From positions 3,844,001 through 3,908,000 of the forward strand of contig SMSO01000025.1 in NCBI GenBank assembly GCA_004764695.1: a stretch of 64,000 nucleotides of DNA. Direction: 5' to 3'. The position numbers and the translations under genes were made by a program. The notes under the pieces are model-generated. The model ran no database searches. It worked only from the letters and a program-made list of their open reading frames with translations, and had not been told where the DNA came from. This stretch comes from Schizochytrium sp. TIO01 (Eukaryota > Protista > Bigyra: Labyrinthulomycetes). Below are positions 35,593-47,468 of this stretch, one piece after another. Every line of letters begins with the position of its first letter. The stretch's first letter is position 1.

Positions 35593-38500
35593 AGTTGGAC
35601 ATTCATTGCCACGCGCTCATTCCACGCCTTCACTTCTACCCAAAGCGGCAGTCTTTTTAGCAATCTGGACATCGCAGATACCTGCAGCGAAGAAAAGAGA
35701 GAGAGAGAGAGAGAGAGAGAGTTTTCCAGGGCGTCGAGATTCGCCACTAAAGATAAGAGCCTTCGTCGTAGGTTCTATAGAAAATAGTGGGGACTGTCAA
35801 AATAGGCTTAAAAGGTAGAAAGCCGCCTTACGGGTTTTGCGAACCCCGCACTCACTCTAATCACCGCTCGTCTCCGCTTCTGGTCGCGGCTTTCGCCAGA
35901 GAAGATCGATTCTTGCAGTTTTGATTGATTGTTTGAGGGGGGGGAAGCGCTGGAGATCAGGTTATTTGTTATCTAGGAATCTCAGAACAATGATAAGTAG
36001 CAAAAGCTTTATTGCCCATATCATTCCATTTTTTTTAAAGGAAGAAAATTGTAATTCAGAACATTGTTTTTACTCTTACTTTAAAAAATAAAATTAAAAA
36101 TAAATATATACTTTTTTTTTTTTGAATTATTTAAAATAAATAAATAAATAGTGATTTTTTGGTTAAAAAGTGATAAAATAAGAACAGCTTTAGATTTTCG
36201 AAGTTCTCAGTGCAATTCTTCAAACGCAGTCAATGAACTTAGATCCTTTCAGGCTGAAGAGAGGCATAGCATACTCGTAGCTCAGAAGGCGCCGCACCTG
36301 CAGACGCATCGATCGTATTCGGTTGAATTTAGCAGCGCTTGGAAAGACACCGCAATCTCAAGTTTTGCCCATTGAAGGATGATCCATCCATCTTGAAAGT
36401 CTGCAGATTGGGGAGAAAACTCGCCGAGAAACCCCATCCATCCAGCGGTGGTATCTATCATCTCTCTTCATCATCGTCACCGTCACCTTCATCGTCGTCG
36501 TCGTCGTCGTCATCGTCGGCGGCATCGACATCGCCTCCCACCGTTACCACGCTTTGCGAACCAGCGTCGATCGGGCGCCAATCATTCATCCCAACGATCA
36601 TGGCCGCGATACTGCTGATGACCACGCTCAAAAGGCATTCAAAGAAGCGCGAATGATGGCAAAGACAGACTGAGAGGTCGTCGTGATGATCAGTGAGTGT
36701 GTGTATGTGAGTTTATTGCTACTGTGAGCGCGAACAAAAGACAGAAAGCTATCAGTCAGGTACAGGAGAACGAATGCTTTGCTTTGTTTGACATGGCGGC
36801 GCTCGAACTTGAATCCGAGTGGAAGAACTGAGTAGCTAGTACCTAAATAGCTGGCGGAATGCAACTTGAAGGAATCGAAAGCCAAGTCGCGACTTTGCAC
36901 ACGCGAGGAAGACAAAGACACAAGAAAACACGGGCGGAGGAGAGAGCGTTCTAGCTGCAGGTGAGGGCATTTGGTTGCCTTGGGCGCCTTGAGTGCTTCG
37001 CGCGACCTATAAAAACGAAGAAGCTTCATAATCCAAAGCAGCCTCTCCAAGCTAGTGAAGGCGGGAAGGAAGGTACCTAGTGTAAACAAATAAAGAGAAA
37101 AGAGAAAGGAAAAGGTTAGTGTCAAAGCGGCACGCACCAAGAAAGCAAACAAAATCATACGCCGCTCTTTCCAAAAACTAAAAGTAGAGCTTGCAATAAA
37201 GGTGAGGTAGAGGAAGCAAGGAACGCGGGCACAGCAGTCAGGACCTTCCTTCCCACGGCGAGCAATGAGTTTGTTTGTTTGTTTATTTATTTATTTGTTT
37301 ATTTGTTTGTTTATTTATTTGTTGACCTTGCGGGGCTTTGGAGCACGGAGGTGTGGTGCCTCTGCATGAGCGATAGTTGAACTGCGACGGTGTTGTTGTC
37401 CTGATTACTCGTGGATGAATTGGTCAATCACGTTGTGTGCGAGTGTGTACGCCTCCGGAGAGGCCTCTGAGTAGTCAATCAAACATGTGAATTTGAGTGC
37501 CAGAATCCTCATATCCATTTCAAAGGAAAAGAGCTCAAGAAAGAGTTTGAAAGAAATGCACTGGCACTGCTATTGATTGATTGATTGAATGAATGAATGA
37601 TTGAATGAAAGCAAAAAACCGGATCTGGCTGTGTCGCAGAATTTTCTCACGAGTTGAGCAGAGGGATCGAATTGAATAGATGGGAGCAAGAGAAGACACA
37701 ACTCGCAGGTGATTCGTATTCGCAAGCGAGTTCATAGTAAAGGTGCAGAGGGCTGGAGGCCGGGAAGGAGGAACTTGAAGGACAAAGGCATACGCGTGCT
37801 AAAGTCTAGTGCGTGCACGACAACTCTGACGAGAGATCCTTAAATCGATTGTCGTGTGCGCCAAAGTGCCAATCCAAATAAAGACGGTGCTGCGATCTTG
37901 GAACTTCTTGCTTTCTCACTTTTTTATTTTTTTAATTTTCTAATTTTTGTTAAATAAATAAATAAATAGAAAGTTCTTTCTTTTTTCTTTAAAAAAGAAA
38001 AAAGGCATCCGGATATTATTATCATTGAATTCTTCTGAACGAAAAAGGCGATGGTAAAACAATTGGATACCAAAGCCTGAAAAAGCTGAGGGAACGGAGA
38101 GTAACTCAAAGTAAAGACTCGTGCTTGAATAGGCGGTGCTCTATGTTATGGCTGTTTGTTCGAGAGAGGACAAAGAAACAAAGAAACAAAGAAACAAACT
38201 CTCCTCTGATCTCCTGAATCTCCTGCCCTAATAGAGCAAGCAAGCAAGCAAGCAAGCTACTACTACAATGTCTCTTTCTGTCATGTGCAGTGCCTGAATC
38301 AGAACAGAAGCACACTTCTAATTTCCTTCCCGTGAGCAGAAGAGGGGAACGTGGATTCGTTTGCTCGTCGTTGAAGGTGACAGGGCATGGAAAGCGCCAC
38401 CGCTTTCGATGGATCTTCACTTCCTTCGTAAAGCGAGCTTGGCTCGTTGGTATCTTGAGATGCAGATGCAGATGCATGGTCAAAGGCGGCGTGTGAAGAA

Positions 38501-41009
38501 GATACAGACGCAAGTGGTTTCCAACTCCTGTTTCCTTGTTTTCATGTGCTACTTTCATAAAGTTTATAAAAGCTTAATTTCAAATTAAAAAAAAAGAACT
38601 TTCGAAGGACGGCGCCGAAGAGTTTGAAATTGAAATTTGAAAATCCAGCAATTTGAAATTTCAGTAGCCAGATGAATGAGGACCTCGAAAAGTTCAAGCC
38701 AAACTAGCAATCGAAGAAGAGGCGTCCAAACGCATGCCGCGGCGAGAGGGTCTGCGGCGGTGGTCTTCTGCGAAGCATCGGTGCGCACGCAAGCGCTCGC
38801 TCGCTCCCTCGCTCGTGCACGCACCCACCGCCAAGAAAGAAAGACAGAAAGACAGAAAGAAAGACAGAAAGAAATCGATCTTCGCGTGTGGTCCCAGCCC
38901 TCGACGAAGCGGAAGGAGGCTCTTCAGGAGCTGGTGCCGCAGTTTCTTGCCCCGACCCGAGTGGCTCCAAGCGGGATGGGCTGATCTCAATGCCGCTCGC
39001 TTCGAGCTGAGAGCGAGGCTTGAGCTCGGTTGGTTGATCCCAGCACAGCCAAAAGGCAAGCGAGCCCAGCATCGAGATCACGGTTGGAGACAGGCGATCG
39101 CGGGAGTGTCCGTTTAGTCGAAGATCAAGAACCGCGGGTGATAGATAGATAGATATCTATGGATCGATGAGCGGATCGATACCATCCCGCTTGGAGGAAG
39201 CACGCGACGTCACATGGTTGGATGCGTTGGAACGGCTTGAATGAATGAATGAATGATTGAATGGTCGAATGCGATGATGGATGGCCGATCAGCTTTGATC
39301 ACAAACTGACTTGACTGAGTAAGTAGCGGCTTCGTGCCACCTGCTGGTAAACTTGGACTTGGCTCGGCTTGCTTGCTTGGCACATCAGCCTTGGTCGAGC
39401 ATTTATCAATTCATTTTGTTTGTACATTTGTACAGATTAGTCAATAAAGGCAGTCGCAGAAAGAGCGAATCGGCAATATCCGGTCTCACTACTGAGAAGC
39501 CTTTGCTAATTGAGATTGGACCACGAGGAAGAGATCAGTATGATCTATGTTGTTTGCAAACCTGAAGAAGCCTCTCTCTCTCTCTCTGTGTGTGTCTCTG
39601 TCTCTCGGAGCGAAAAATAAGGACCAAAGCAGGGGCGCCTCCGTCCTTCCCTCTCGAACTAGGACTGGCGTAGTAACAGCTACTGAGAAGTTCTGTTTTC
39701 TCCTTCGAATTGAAAATGGTTTTGGAAACTCTCTCACTCTCTCCTTGTAAAACTTAAGATATTATTTGTTTTTAAGTATAATAATATATATGTATGTATA
39801 AACATAAAATCAACAGGAGTTACATTTTAACAAAAGCCCCTTGCTATTACCATTGTCACTACCAGGATACCTAGCAGCCCGTATCTTTTTGACTATCTGA
39901 CTGTACACCGTGTTCGGTATGCTTGCACGGGTGCTCTGTTGGGCGTGACCATTCAGAACCGGCTATAGTGGCACTTAGAAGTTACAATAGCACCTTTTCT
40001 CTTTTGGAGGCAGGTAGAGAAAAATAGAAACGAAGAAATGGGTACTTTCAAAGTTTAGCTTTAAAAAGGTTTTAGCAAGATCAAATTAATTTTAAATTAA
40101 ATAAAAAAAGTAAATAAAAAGTAAATAAAAAGAGCAAGAACTGAGCCATTGAGACCAAGTTCTTCAAGTTCTTCCCTGCCGCTGTGCTATTTTAGAGGCA
40201 GGAAGATCGACCTCACTCGGGGCATTGCCGCTATGGCCAAACCTCAGCGCGACTGCAAAAGCCGGCTGATGGCCCATTATACATACACGCGCGCACGAAT
40301 AAGACCTGGAGGAGGAGCAGGAAAGAGAAGAAACGCTATCGAAGAACCCTTTCGTAGCACTTTTTCCTCTACTCTAAGAGCAACCTAGTATGCCACTTAT
40401 CTTGCACCTCGAGACTCCTACTGCCTCCTACACAGACGAAAGTATAGTGAAAGACAGGAGCGTCTCCCCTTTCTCTCAGAGATAATTCTTTCCTTTCTTT
40501 CCTTTCTTTCTTTTCGCTTCTTTTCGCTGAGTTGCATAGTTGTTTGTTACTTCTTACTCTTTTGGGGTGATGATGATGGTAATGGAAATGGCAATGGCAA
40601 TCGATATTCTGCGTTGGATTTGAAATCCCAATCGCAGAGACAGAGACCTCAGGGAAGGCAAACATCCTTGGCGTGGACGTGGTCGAGGTCTGCGTGGAGG
40701 TCGATGGAGCGAACGATCGAGCGTGAGGATTGATTCTTCAGGCCGGCTCATGATTCCGGGTGGTGGGTGGATGGATGCATGGATGGATGGATGGATCCTG
40801 CCTGATTCGTGGACATGGCGAAGAAAGCTCAAGAATTTGAACGCGAGGAATCAGACGGACCACGAGCTCGAGTAACTCTGAGCAGCAGCATCGACACGAG
40901 GCTTAACGGCGGCGGCGATGATGATGCCGGCGACGGCATGTACAACCTCTGCTCGGGCTGCAGGATGCCTGGATGCCACTGCGTGAACCGCGCGGCGTGA
41001 GGGTTTGGC

Positions 41010-41190
41010 GGCAGACCACGAAACTTGGCTTGGCGTGGTGTGGCACGATGAGCTTTGAAGATCAGGTCCCGAACTTTGAAGAAGAGGCCAGTTCCAGCTC
41101 ATCTTGCTTTCATTCAAGTGCCATCGCGATCTGGACAAGACGACGAACAGCTGGTCCTGAAGAGCCACGAAGAAACTTAAAGTCACAGCG
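41010..41190 (+). pseudogene. Decayed Ser/Thr kinase fragment (CAMK/SnRK-like subdomains IV-VII)
   Basis: Frameshifted pieces TTKLGLA / EL..I / FEEEA / FQLI / CHRDL..N / LVL / LKV occur in kinase order (compare GELF..EDEAR.FFQQLI..CHRDLK.EN.LL..LKI). Confidence 0.4.
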
Positions 41191-41482
41191 TTAACTTAAC
41201 TAACTCACAATCGATTGTGATATCTCTTTTCAGTACGAAGAATCGCGAAGCTCGCACTGTTGATTGAAGGAGGAGTCGCCATCATGGCATGGCGCATGAT
41301 CATGTCATTCTTCGTGTGATGGCACAATCAGCAATTCAATTCAGCAGATCCTAGTTCTTCTTGTCGAACGTGCCGGCGCTTTGACTGATTGATCGGGCGG
41401 TCGCTCAATTTCGTCGATTGCGTCGATTGCCTTTCATTCGCAAGAGCCCTCCTTTCCTTGCCATTGCGGCATTTGCTATCCG

Positions 41483-41602
41483 TCTCCAGAACCTCAGGAA
41501 GAGCCGAGAAAGGAGGCAATTGACATCGATCTATCATATGCATCTCCAGAACCTCAGGAAGAGCCGAGAAAGGAGGCGATTGATATCGATCGATCATATG
41601 AT
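41483..41602. repeat. Near-perfect 60-bp tandem duplication
   Basis: tctccagaacctcaggaagagccgagaaaggaggc(a/g)attga(c/t)atcgatc(t/g)atcatatg occurs twice. Confidence 0.95.
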
Positions 41603-43094
41603 CTACCCAAATATTGGTGCCAAAGACACGAGGAAGCGGGCAAAATCGCTCACTGTCTACTCGAAGTAGGTAGGTAGGTAGATGGATACGCAGAGGGAGA
41701 GGCCGTCAGAGGAGGATTAAGGTGAAGCGCTGAGAAGCTGACTTGCAGGAAGGAAAAACGTGCCTGAGGCCTCTGGAGCCGTCGAGGAAGACCCTCGAGA
41801 GAACTTGAAAGCTAGCTTTCTATGTCCCCTCTGCGCTGGTCAACCAACTTGAAGTTCTCGCGGTGAGTAGCTGTCTATCGATCTATGTTACTCAACTTGG
41901 TTCTATCCTGTCCTTGTCTACTGCTTTGAAAGGAAGAATGTTTTCAACAACAACAACAACAACAACAACAAAATAACTTTTGTTAAATAAAGGTGAAAAT
42001 AGTGGTACGTACAGTTAGTTTTCTCTAACTATGTCGATTCAACGGGAAAAGGTAAGAAGTGTGAGCTTTTAGTTTGGTGTGGCAAGAACAACTGAGGAAA
42101 AAAAGGCAGTTTTCTTGGATTTGGTTTGAAAAGAGGGCGCATCGACATCTTTTCTCTTTTTTCTTTCTGACCGCCGACCTCCTTTCGCCGTCCCTATGGA
42201 GATGTTGCGGAAGGTGATCATTCACTTAGACTTCACATTTGTAGAAAGCTGTACACACAGCGAGCGATAAGGTGGTTTGTTGATGTCTCCATGAGCTATT
42301 ATAACAGATCTTCTTCAATTCTCATGCCGAGCAAAATTTAAGTTATTTATTTTAAAATTAAAAAAGGAAATTACCATTTTTAAGATTACTATTGTTATCG
42401 CTACTACCTAGGTAGTTGACAACCTTTAAGATAGCGCGAGAAAGTAAAAGAGAGAAAACGAGAAGGAAATCGAGAACCAACACTGTTTACATTTATCGCG
42501 AAGGCAAAGTTTCCAGCTCCACACAAAATCCACGTTGTCTCTGTTGTATTTATACTGGACTATGTAGTTTAGAGAGCAGATAAAGACTACTGGAAACAGG
42601 GTATATCGAGGGGAAAGCTCTATCTTTCAGTCCTTCCTCTGGATAAACTATGTCTTTTTTTTTTTTCCGTAAAAAAATTGCTTCGTTATTTAAAAAAAAT
42701 ACTTTAAAACTACTATATACGTAGTACAATTTTATTTATTCGAATTTGATTTTTATTAATAAATTAATAAATAAATAAATAAATAATTTGCGCTGCCGTC
42801 TCTCTCTCTCCCTCTCTCTGTCTCTCTCTCTGCGCGTAAGGTCTCTTCTCCGTTGCTTTGCGCCGATCTACCTCCGAAGTATCCTGGTATGGACCTGCTG
42901 TGGGGTCCCTCCCATCGGCCGCCTCGCTTTCAACTGAGTTTTCCCCGTATTCTTCACATCAATCACCAGAAATTTAGAACTGGTTTCTGAAGAAGAATGG
43001 ACATTCTAATAACTTCTTACAATTAGTTTGTTTCTTCTTATAGTATAGTTAATGAGTTGAAAGTTTCAATTTTTATTCTCTTTTTACAAAATAC

Positions 43095-43171
43095 AATGAA
43101 TGAATGAATGAATGAATGAATGAATGAATGAATGAATGAATGAATGAATGAATGAATGAATGAATGAATGA
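43095..43171 (+). repeat. (GAAT)n microsatellite
   Basis: Directly visible, about 19 units. Confidence 0.97.
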
Positions 43172-44510
43172 TTCTTTGTCTCTTTGTTTATTTGTTTATT
43201 TGTTTATTTGTTATTCTTGAGAAAGAAAGTGTAAGGCGAAGCGCTGAGAGGGGAAAACCTCGGCAGGAGGAGACGGAACCCAGGTGTCTGAGTGCGGCGG
43301 GGCGGCTCGTGGCACCCACGCTGGTCGAGGCTGCTTTTTTGGCGATTCGCGCGGTCACCAAACTCGAATCGCTCGCGCGGAAGGCAGCTTTCGACGCAGC
43401 ACTCACGCAAAGGAGACGGGGACGGCCAAGAGCACCGAGGCTTGAGACATTGTGGCAGCTTGCAGGCTTGCAGGAGGTGTTGCTGCAGGCAGCCCGCAAA
43501 CCACTCACGCGCCCGCTCCCCTGCTCGCTGGAGAAAGCAAGTAGTTCGCGGCTCGATCATCTGAGATCCTCCCTCCACCTTGACTTTTCGAAACAAGCAA
43601 GGGCCTCCTTTTCCGCGCTGGACTCGTCTGGATTGAAAAGGTAGTGGCTGACAGCAGCAGAAGAAACAGTGAGCACGCGCCAAGAGGAAGAGCGACGTAA
43701 AAGGCTGGCCAGCGACGTGCCAAGCTTTGAAAATCGCAACTGGGCCTGTGCTCTGCTGTTTGAATTCTCAAGATCCTTGGATAAATAAGCAACAACGGTG
43801 ATACTAGGGAGTATAGGTAAGTACTAAAGCAACAACATCGGAAATAGGGGCACTTAGGAGTACTACTAGGAGAGCAAGTACAGGACAGAAAAGAAGAAAA
43901 GTCTTGATCGATCTGCCTCGCCTTGATTTCTTCTTCCTCTTTAGCGTTTCGTTCTGTTCTCTTGTGCTCGTCAGCTGTGTCTACGAGTTTATTTGTCGTT
44001 CGAGACCGCGGTTTTAGAGGATCTTGGAAGATGCGATGGAATATTTGTAGAGATAAAGGTAGCAGAGCAAAGATCGTCATGCCGGGAACTGGCAGCATCG
44101 ACGTCAGCCTGAGGAGAGCAATTCTGGAGATCATCAAGATCAAACGTCAATATGCAGACGATTCTCCCAGTAAGAGGTTCGCTTGGAGAGACACAGCACG
44201 GGAGAGGATGACGACGGAAGGAAGACAGAGGGAGAGCAACGGTATCTAAATAGACATGAATGAATGAATGAAAACGGGGAAACTAACGTTCTTAGTCCAT
44301 TTTGGCGCGACGTCACGACTATAGTATTTTAAGAAAGAAACAGCTCCCTCGCAGATTCGATCTTCTACGCAATAGCTTATATTGCTAGGAAAGAAGTGAA
44401 CTACAGGTGAGGAAGCAAAACTTCAATTGCAGACTTGCTCGCGCTCCATCACTGTTGCCTGCGAGACTTTGTATACAAACAGATCGATTACAAAAGCAAG
44501 TGAGGAAAAA

Positions 44511-46373
44511 ATGCTTCACGCGCCCACAATCATGAGCACAGAACAAGGCGCTGTCCTGAGCACAAACACCACAACCAATACAACGAGTAACAGTACTGGT
44601 AGCCATGCAGGTCTTTTGTTTCGTGTACCAGAGAACTTCGACTTCATAACCAAAGAGGAGCTCGATTTCTCTCCTTTCGATAGTGCTGCCCATCACATTA
44701 ATCACCATGACGCCGCCTCAGGCAGTGCAATCGTCGAGCATGATACACTTGTACATTCTATTCATATGGCTGACAACCATCAACACCAGCAATCGCATCC
44801 AGTGCATGCCAGACCACAACTCTATACCACTCATGACACAGCTCCCGTTGACGAAGAGAACGATTCTTTTGAGCGTAATGTTGCAGGCAGCTTTCTGGAT
44901 AACTTCGACGACGACACAGCCAGTGAACCCGTATCACCATTTTTCGGCCCCTCCATCACTCTCCATGGCACTCTTAATACGAAGTGGTCCACGGCAATGC
45001 CTGACGTCATTATGGATGCTCCTGCTAAGTCAAGTGTCTTTATTGACCACACTACCCACCTGTCACATGCGCAGCTTGATGACCACCTTGACCTGCACGA
45101 TACAACAAGTCTTCTTGAACAACAACCGATGCAGCATCTGCACGAAACGCAAAGTTCGTCAAACAATAATGTTGCGACAAACGCTATTGTCACTACAAAG
45201 CAACCGGTTGATTTTCAAGAACTCTTTCTCGATGATGGTGTCTGGCCTCACGATATTCTTGGTGGACCTATCACTTCCGAGCCCACAACACTCCCTCATG
45301 CCCCTGGCACCGATCGTCGCACAACTGACAATCCTGTCAATGCCGACATGGCCCGCTCTACCGCATATGCTTCGGCCCGCCCGCGACGTTCTGCGACTAT
45401 GCGTATTCGGCGTGCGCCACAGCGCCTGGTGGATGAGCTCGACCAAGGTGATGGCGCTCTAGGCGACGAAGATATTGACGAAATGGTTCACGCAGGGGAT
45501 GACGATGACGATGAAGATTTTGATCTTCGTCGTAAATCGAGTTCGCGCAAGCGTGTCCGTAGCAAGCGCACGTCAGTGAAGAAGCGCCGCCGCAGTTGTG
45601 CAAGTGACTGGAGTGCCTCATCTCGTGGACAATCCGCAAATGTGTTTGAGGGTCAATATGATTCTGCGTGTGTGAAGAAGGAGGCCTCCATGGGCAGCAG
45701 CCAAGATCCTGATTCAGATGAGCTCAATCAAAGTCTTGATGATTGCGATCGCCATGCGCAAATTGTGCAGTTCCTTGAACGCGTTCAGCAATCTGGGTCG
45801 AATGCTGTAAACGATGACGAAGAGGTCCAATCCTCCAAAAAACGCAAGTACAAATGCACTCACGTAGGCTGCCCCCGCACATTCCTCTGGAAATGGGCAA
45901 TGGAAGAGCATGCTGCGACGCACATGCCCGACAAGGGCCGTGTGCACGAGTGCACATTTTGCAGCAAGTCTTTCTTTACCATTGGGTGCCTCAAGTCACA
46001 TGTTCGAATTCACACCCGTAAGCCTTATTCTTATGTGTGCAAGGCTCCAGGATGCACCAAAAAATATTGCACATCCGAGGGCTTACGGCTTCACACGCGA
46101 AATGTCCATGAAGCGGACAAGAAGTGGAAGTGCCCCTCCGACGGATGCTTCAAGTCTTTTGTTCGTCAAAGCGACCTCCGTCTTCACATTATCCGTATCC
46201 ACTCCAAAGAGCGCCCATATCCGTGTACTCTAGAGGGATGCGAAAAGTCCTTTGCCTGCTACTCAGAACTCAAGCGTCATCTTACATCACACAAAGATGC
46301 AAAGTGTGCTGTTGATGCCGCACTGGACAAGGCGGAGGCTTCTCACCGGGCATTCGTGGCATCTCGCAGCTAG
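44511..46373 (+). CDS. C2H2 zinc-finger transcription factor (5 fingers)
   Basis: Five Cx2-4C..Hx3-4H fingers: CTHVGC, CTFC, CKAPGC, CPSDGC, CTLEGC, with an HSKERPY linker. Acidic N-terminus and a basic NLS (RKRVRSKRTSVKKRRR). First ATG at 44511. Confidence 0.95.
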   Translation: MLHAPTIMSTEQGAVLSTNTTTNTTSNSTGSHAGLLFRVPENFDFITKEELDFSPFDSAAHHINHHDAASGSAIVEHDTLVHSIHMADNHQHQQSHPVHARPQLYTTHDTAPVDEENDSFERNVAGSFLDNFDDDTASEPVSPFFGPSITLHGTLNTKWSTAMPDVIMDAPAKSSVFIDHTTHLSHAQLDDHLDLHDTTSLLEQQPMQHLHETQSSSNNNVATNAIVTTKQPVDFQELFLDDGVWPHDILGGPITSEPTTLPHAPGTDRRTTDNPVNADMARSTAYASARPRRSATMRIRRAPQRLVDELDQGDGALGDEDIDEMVHAGDDDDDEDFDLRRKSSSRKRVRSKRTSVKKRRRSCASDWSASSRGQSANVFEGQYDSACVKKEASMGSSQDPDSDELNQSLDDCDRHAQIVQFLERVQQSGSNAVNDDEEVQSSKKRKYKCTHVGCPRTFLWKWAMEEHAATHMPDKGRVHECTFCSKSFFTIGCLKSHVRIHTRKPYSYVCKAPGCTKKYCTSEGLRLHTRNVHEADKKWKCPSDGCFKSFVRQSDLRLHIIRIHSKERPYPCTLEGCEKSFACYSELKRHLTSHKDAKCAVDAALDKAEASHRAFVASRS

Positions 46374-47468
46374 GAAGCTGTCACCTACACCATACGCTCA
46401 CTTGCGTACGTTTTATATTCTAGTGCTATCGTTGTTGCCTCTCAGCAAATGCCCAATGTATTCATTTCCATACTTACTACTGTGTAGCCACTCATTTCGT
46501 GGCACTCTCTCAAGTTAAATAATCTGAACCCCCCACATGATCATGCGGTCTTCTTGGCAATGTCTTTTACTCGTCGTGCTTTTTGCAACTCCAGCCAAGA
46601 TTGAGTCCACATCATTTCACAAGTTGTAACGGTACCTATACATCAATGTTCATTTCCCCCCTAGACTTTTCATAGCAAAGCAAAGGTTTCTGTCATTTTG
46701 TTCACTTTTTTTTCGCACATTGTATCTTGCTGCTGGGTAGGTAGTATGCATTCTTGTTTGCTCTAGCTAGAATGGCTAGATCCCTCTTATTAAATACTCA
46801 GGGAACGTTTGGAGGCAGAAAAGTCAACCAATAGCGCGACCGTTTATTGAGTAAGCCCGCATACCTACTACCTAGCTACCTACTACGATATCTACATATC
46901 CAAGTTTTCTTTGAGGATAGCAGCACGTGCAGCCGGTGCCGATGACAATCGCTTCCCTAAATTGCTATATATACATAGTTTTTGCGAAAATTGAACTCGT
47001 TTCTTGCAATATGAATAATACTAAGAGTAATCATTCAGGTAGGTAGATAGGTAGGTAGGTACTTGAGAACGCTTTTGAAAGCTGCCTAGGTAGGTACTGT
47101 TTAATTTGAGATTGATAGTATGCCACATACTATGCCGTCGTATAACTATTTTCATGTAATACATATAGGTACCTAACGCTTATCCGGACTGAGTGATTTG
47201 ATTTTGACTTGAGTTTCTCTACTCTAGTGAAAGGAAAGATATGAGTAGCGAGGGTGACTCCCTTAATAGAGATACTACGGTATCTATCTCCGATTGGGAT
47301 GTATCGGGTAGGTACACCTGTGGATTTTGTTTGATGCTGTTGTTAATAATAACAAGAGTATCTAGTACTTCACTTTCAGCTTTCGATGAAGAAGTATGGA
47401 TGAAGCCTACATCAACTCAAAGTGAGAAGCAAAACTGTATGTAGACACCAAAAAGCAAATATAACACC

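Noticed and set aside
43168-43644. 158-aa ORF with an AT-hook-like RRRGRPR
   Set aside because: Its ATG comes from the (GAAT)n microsatellite and no other domain supports it.
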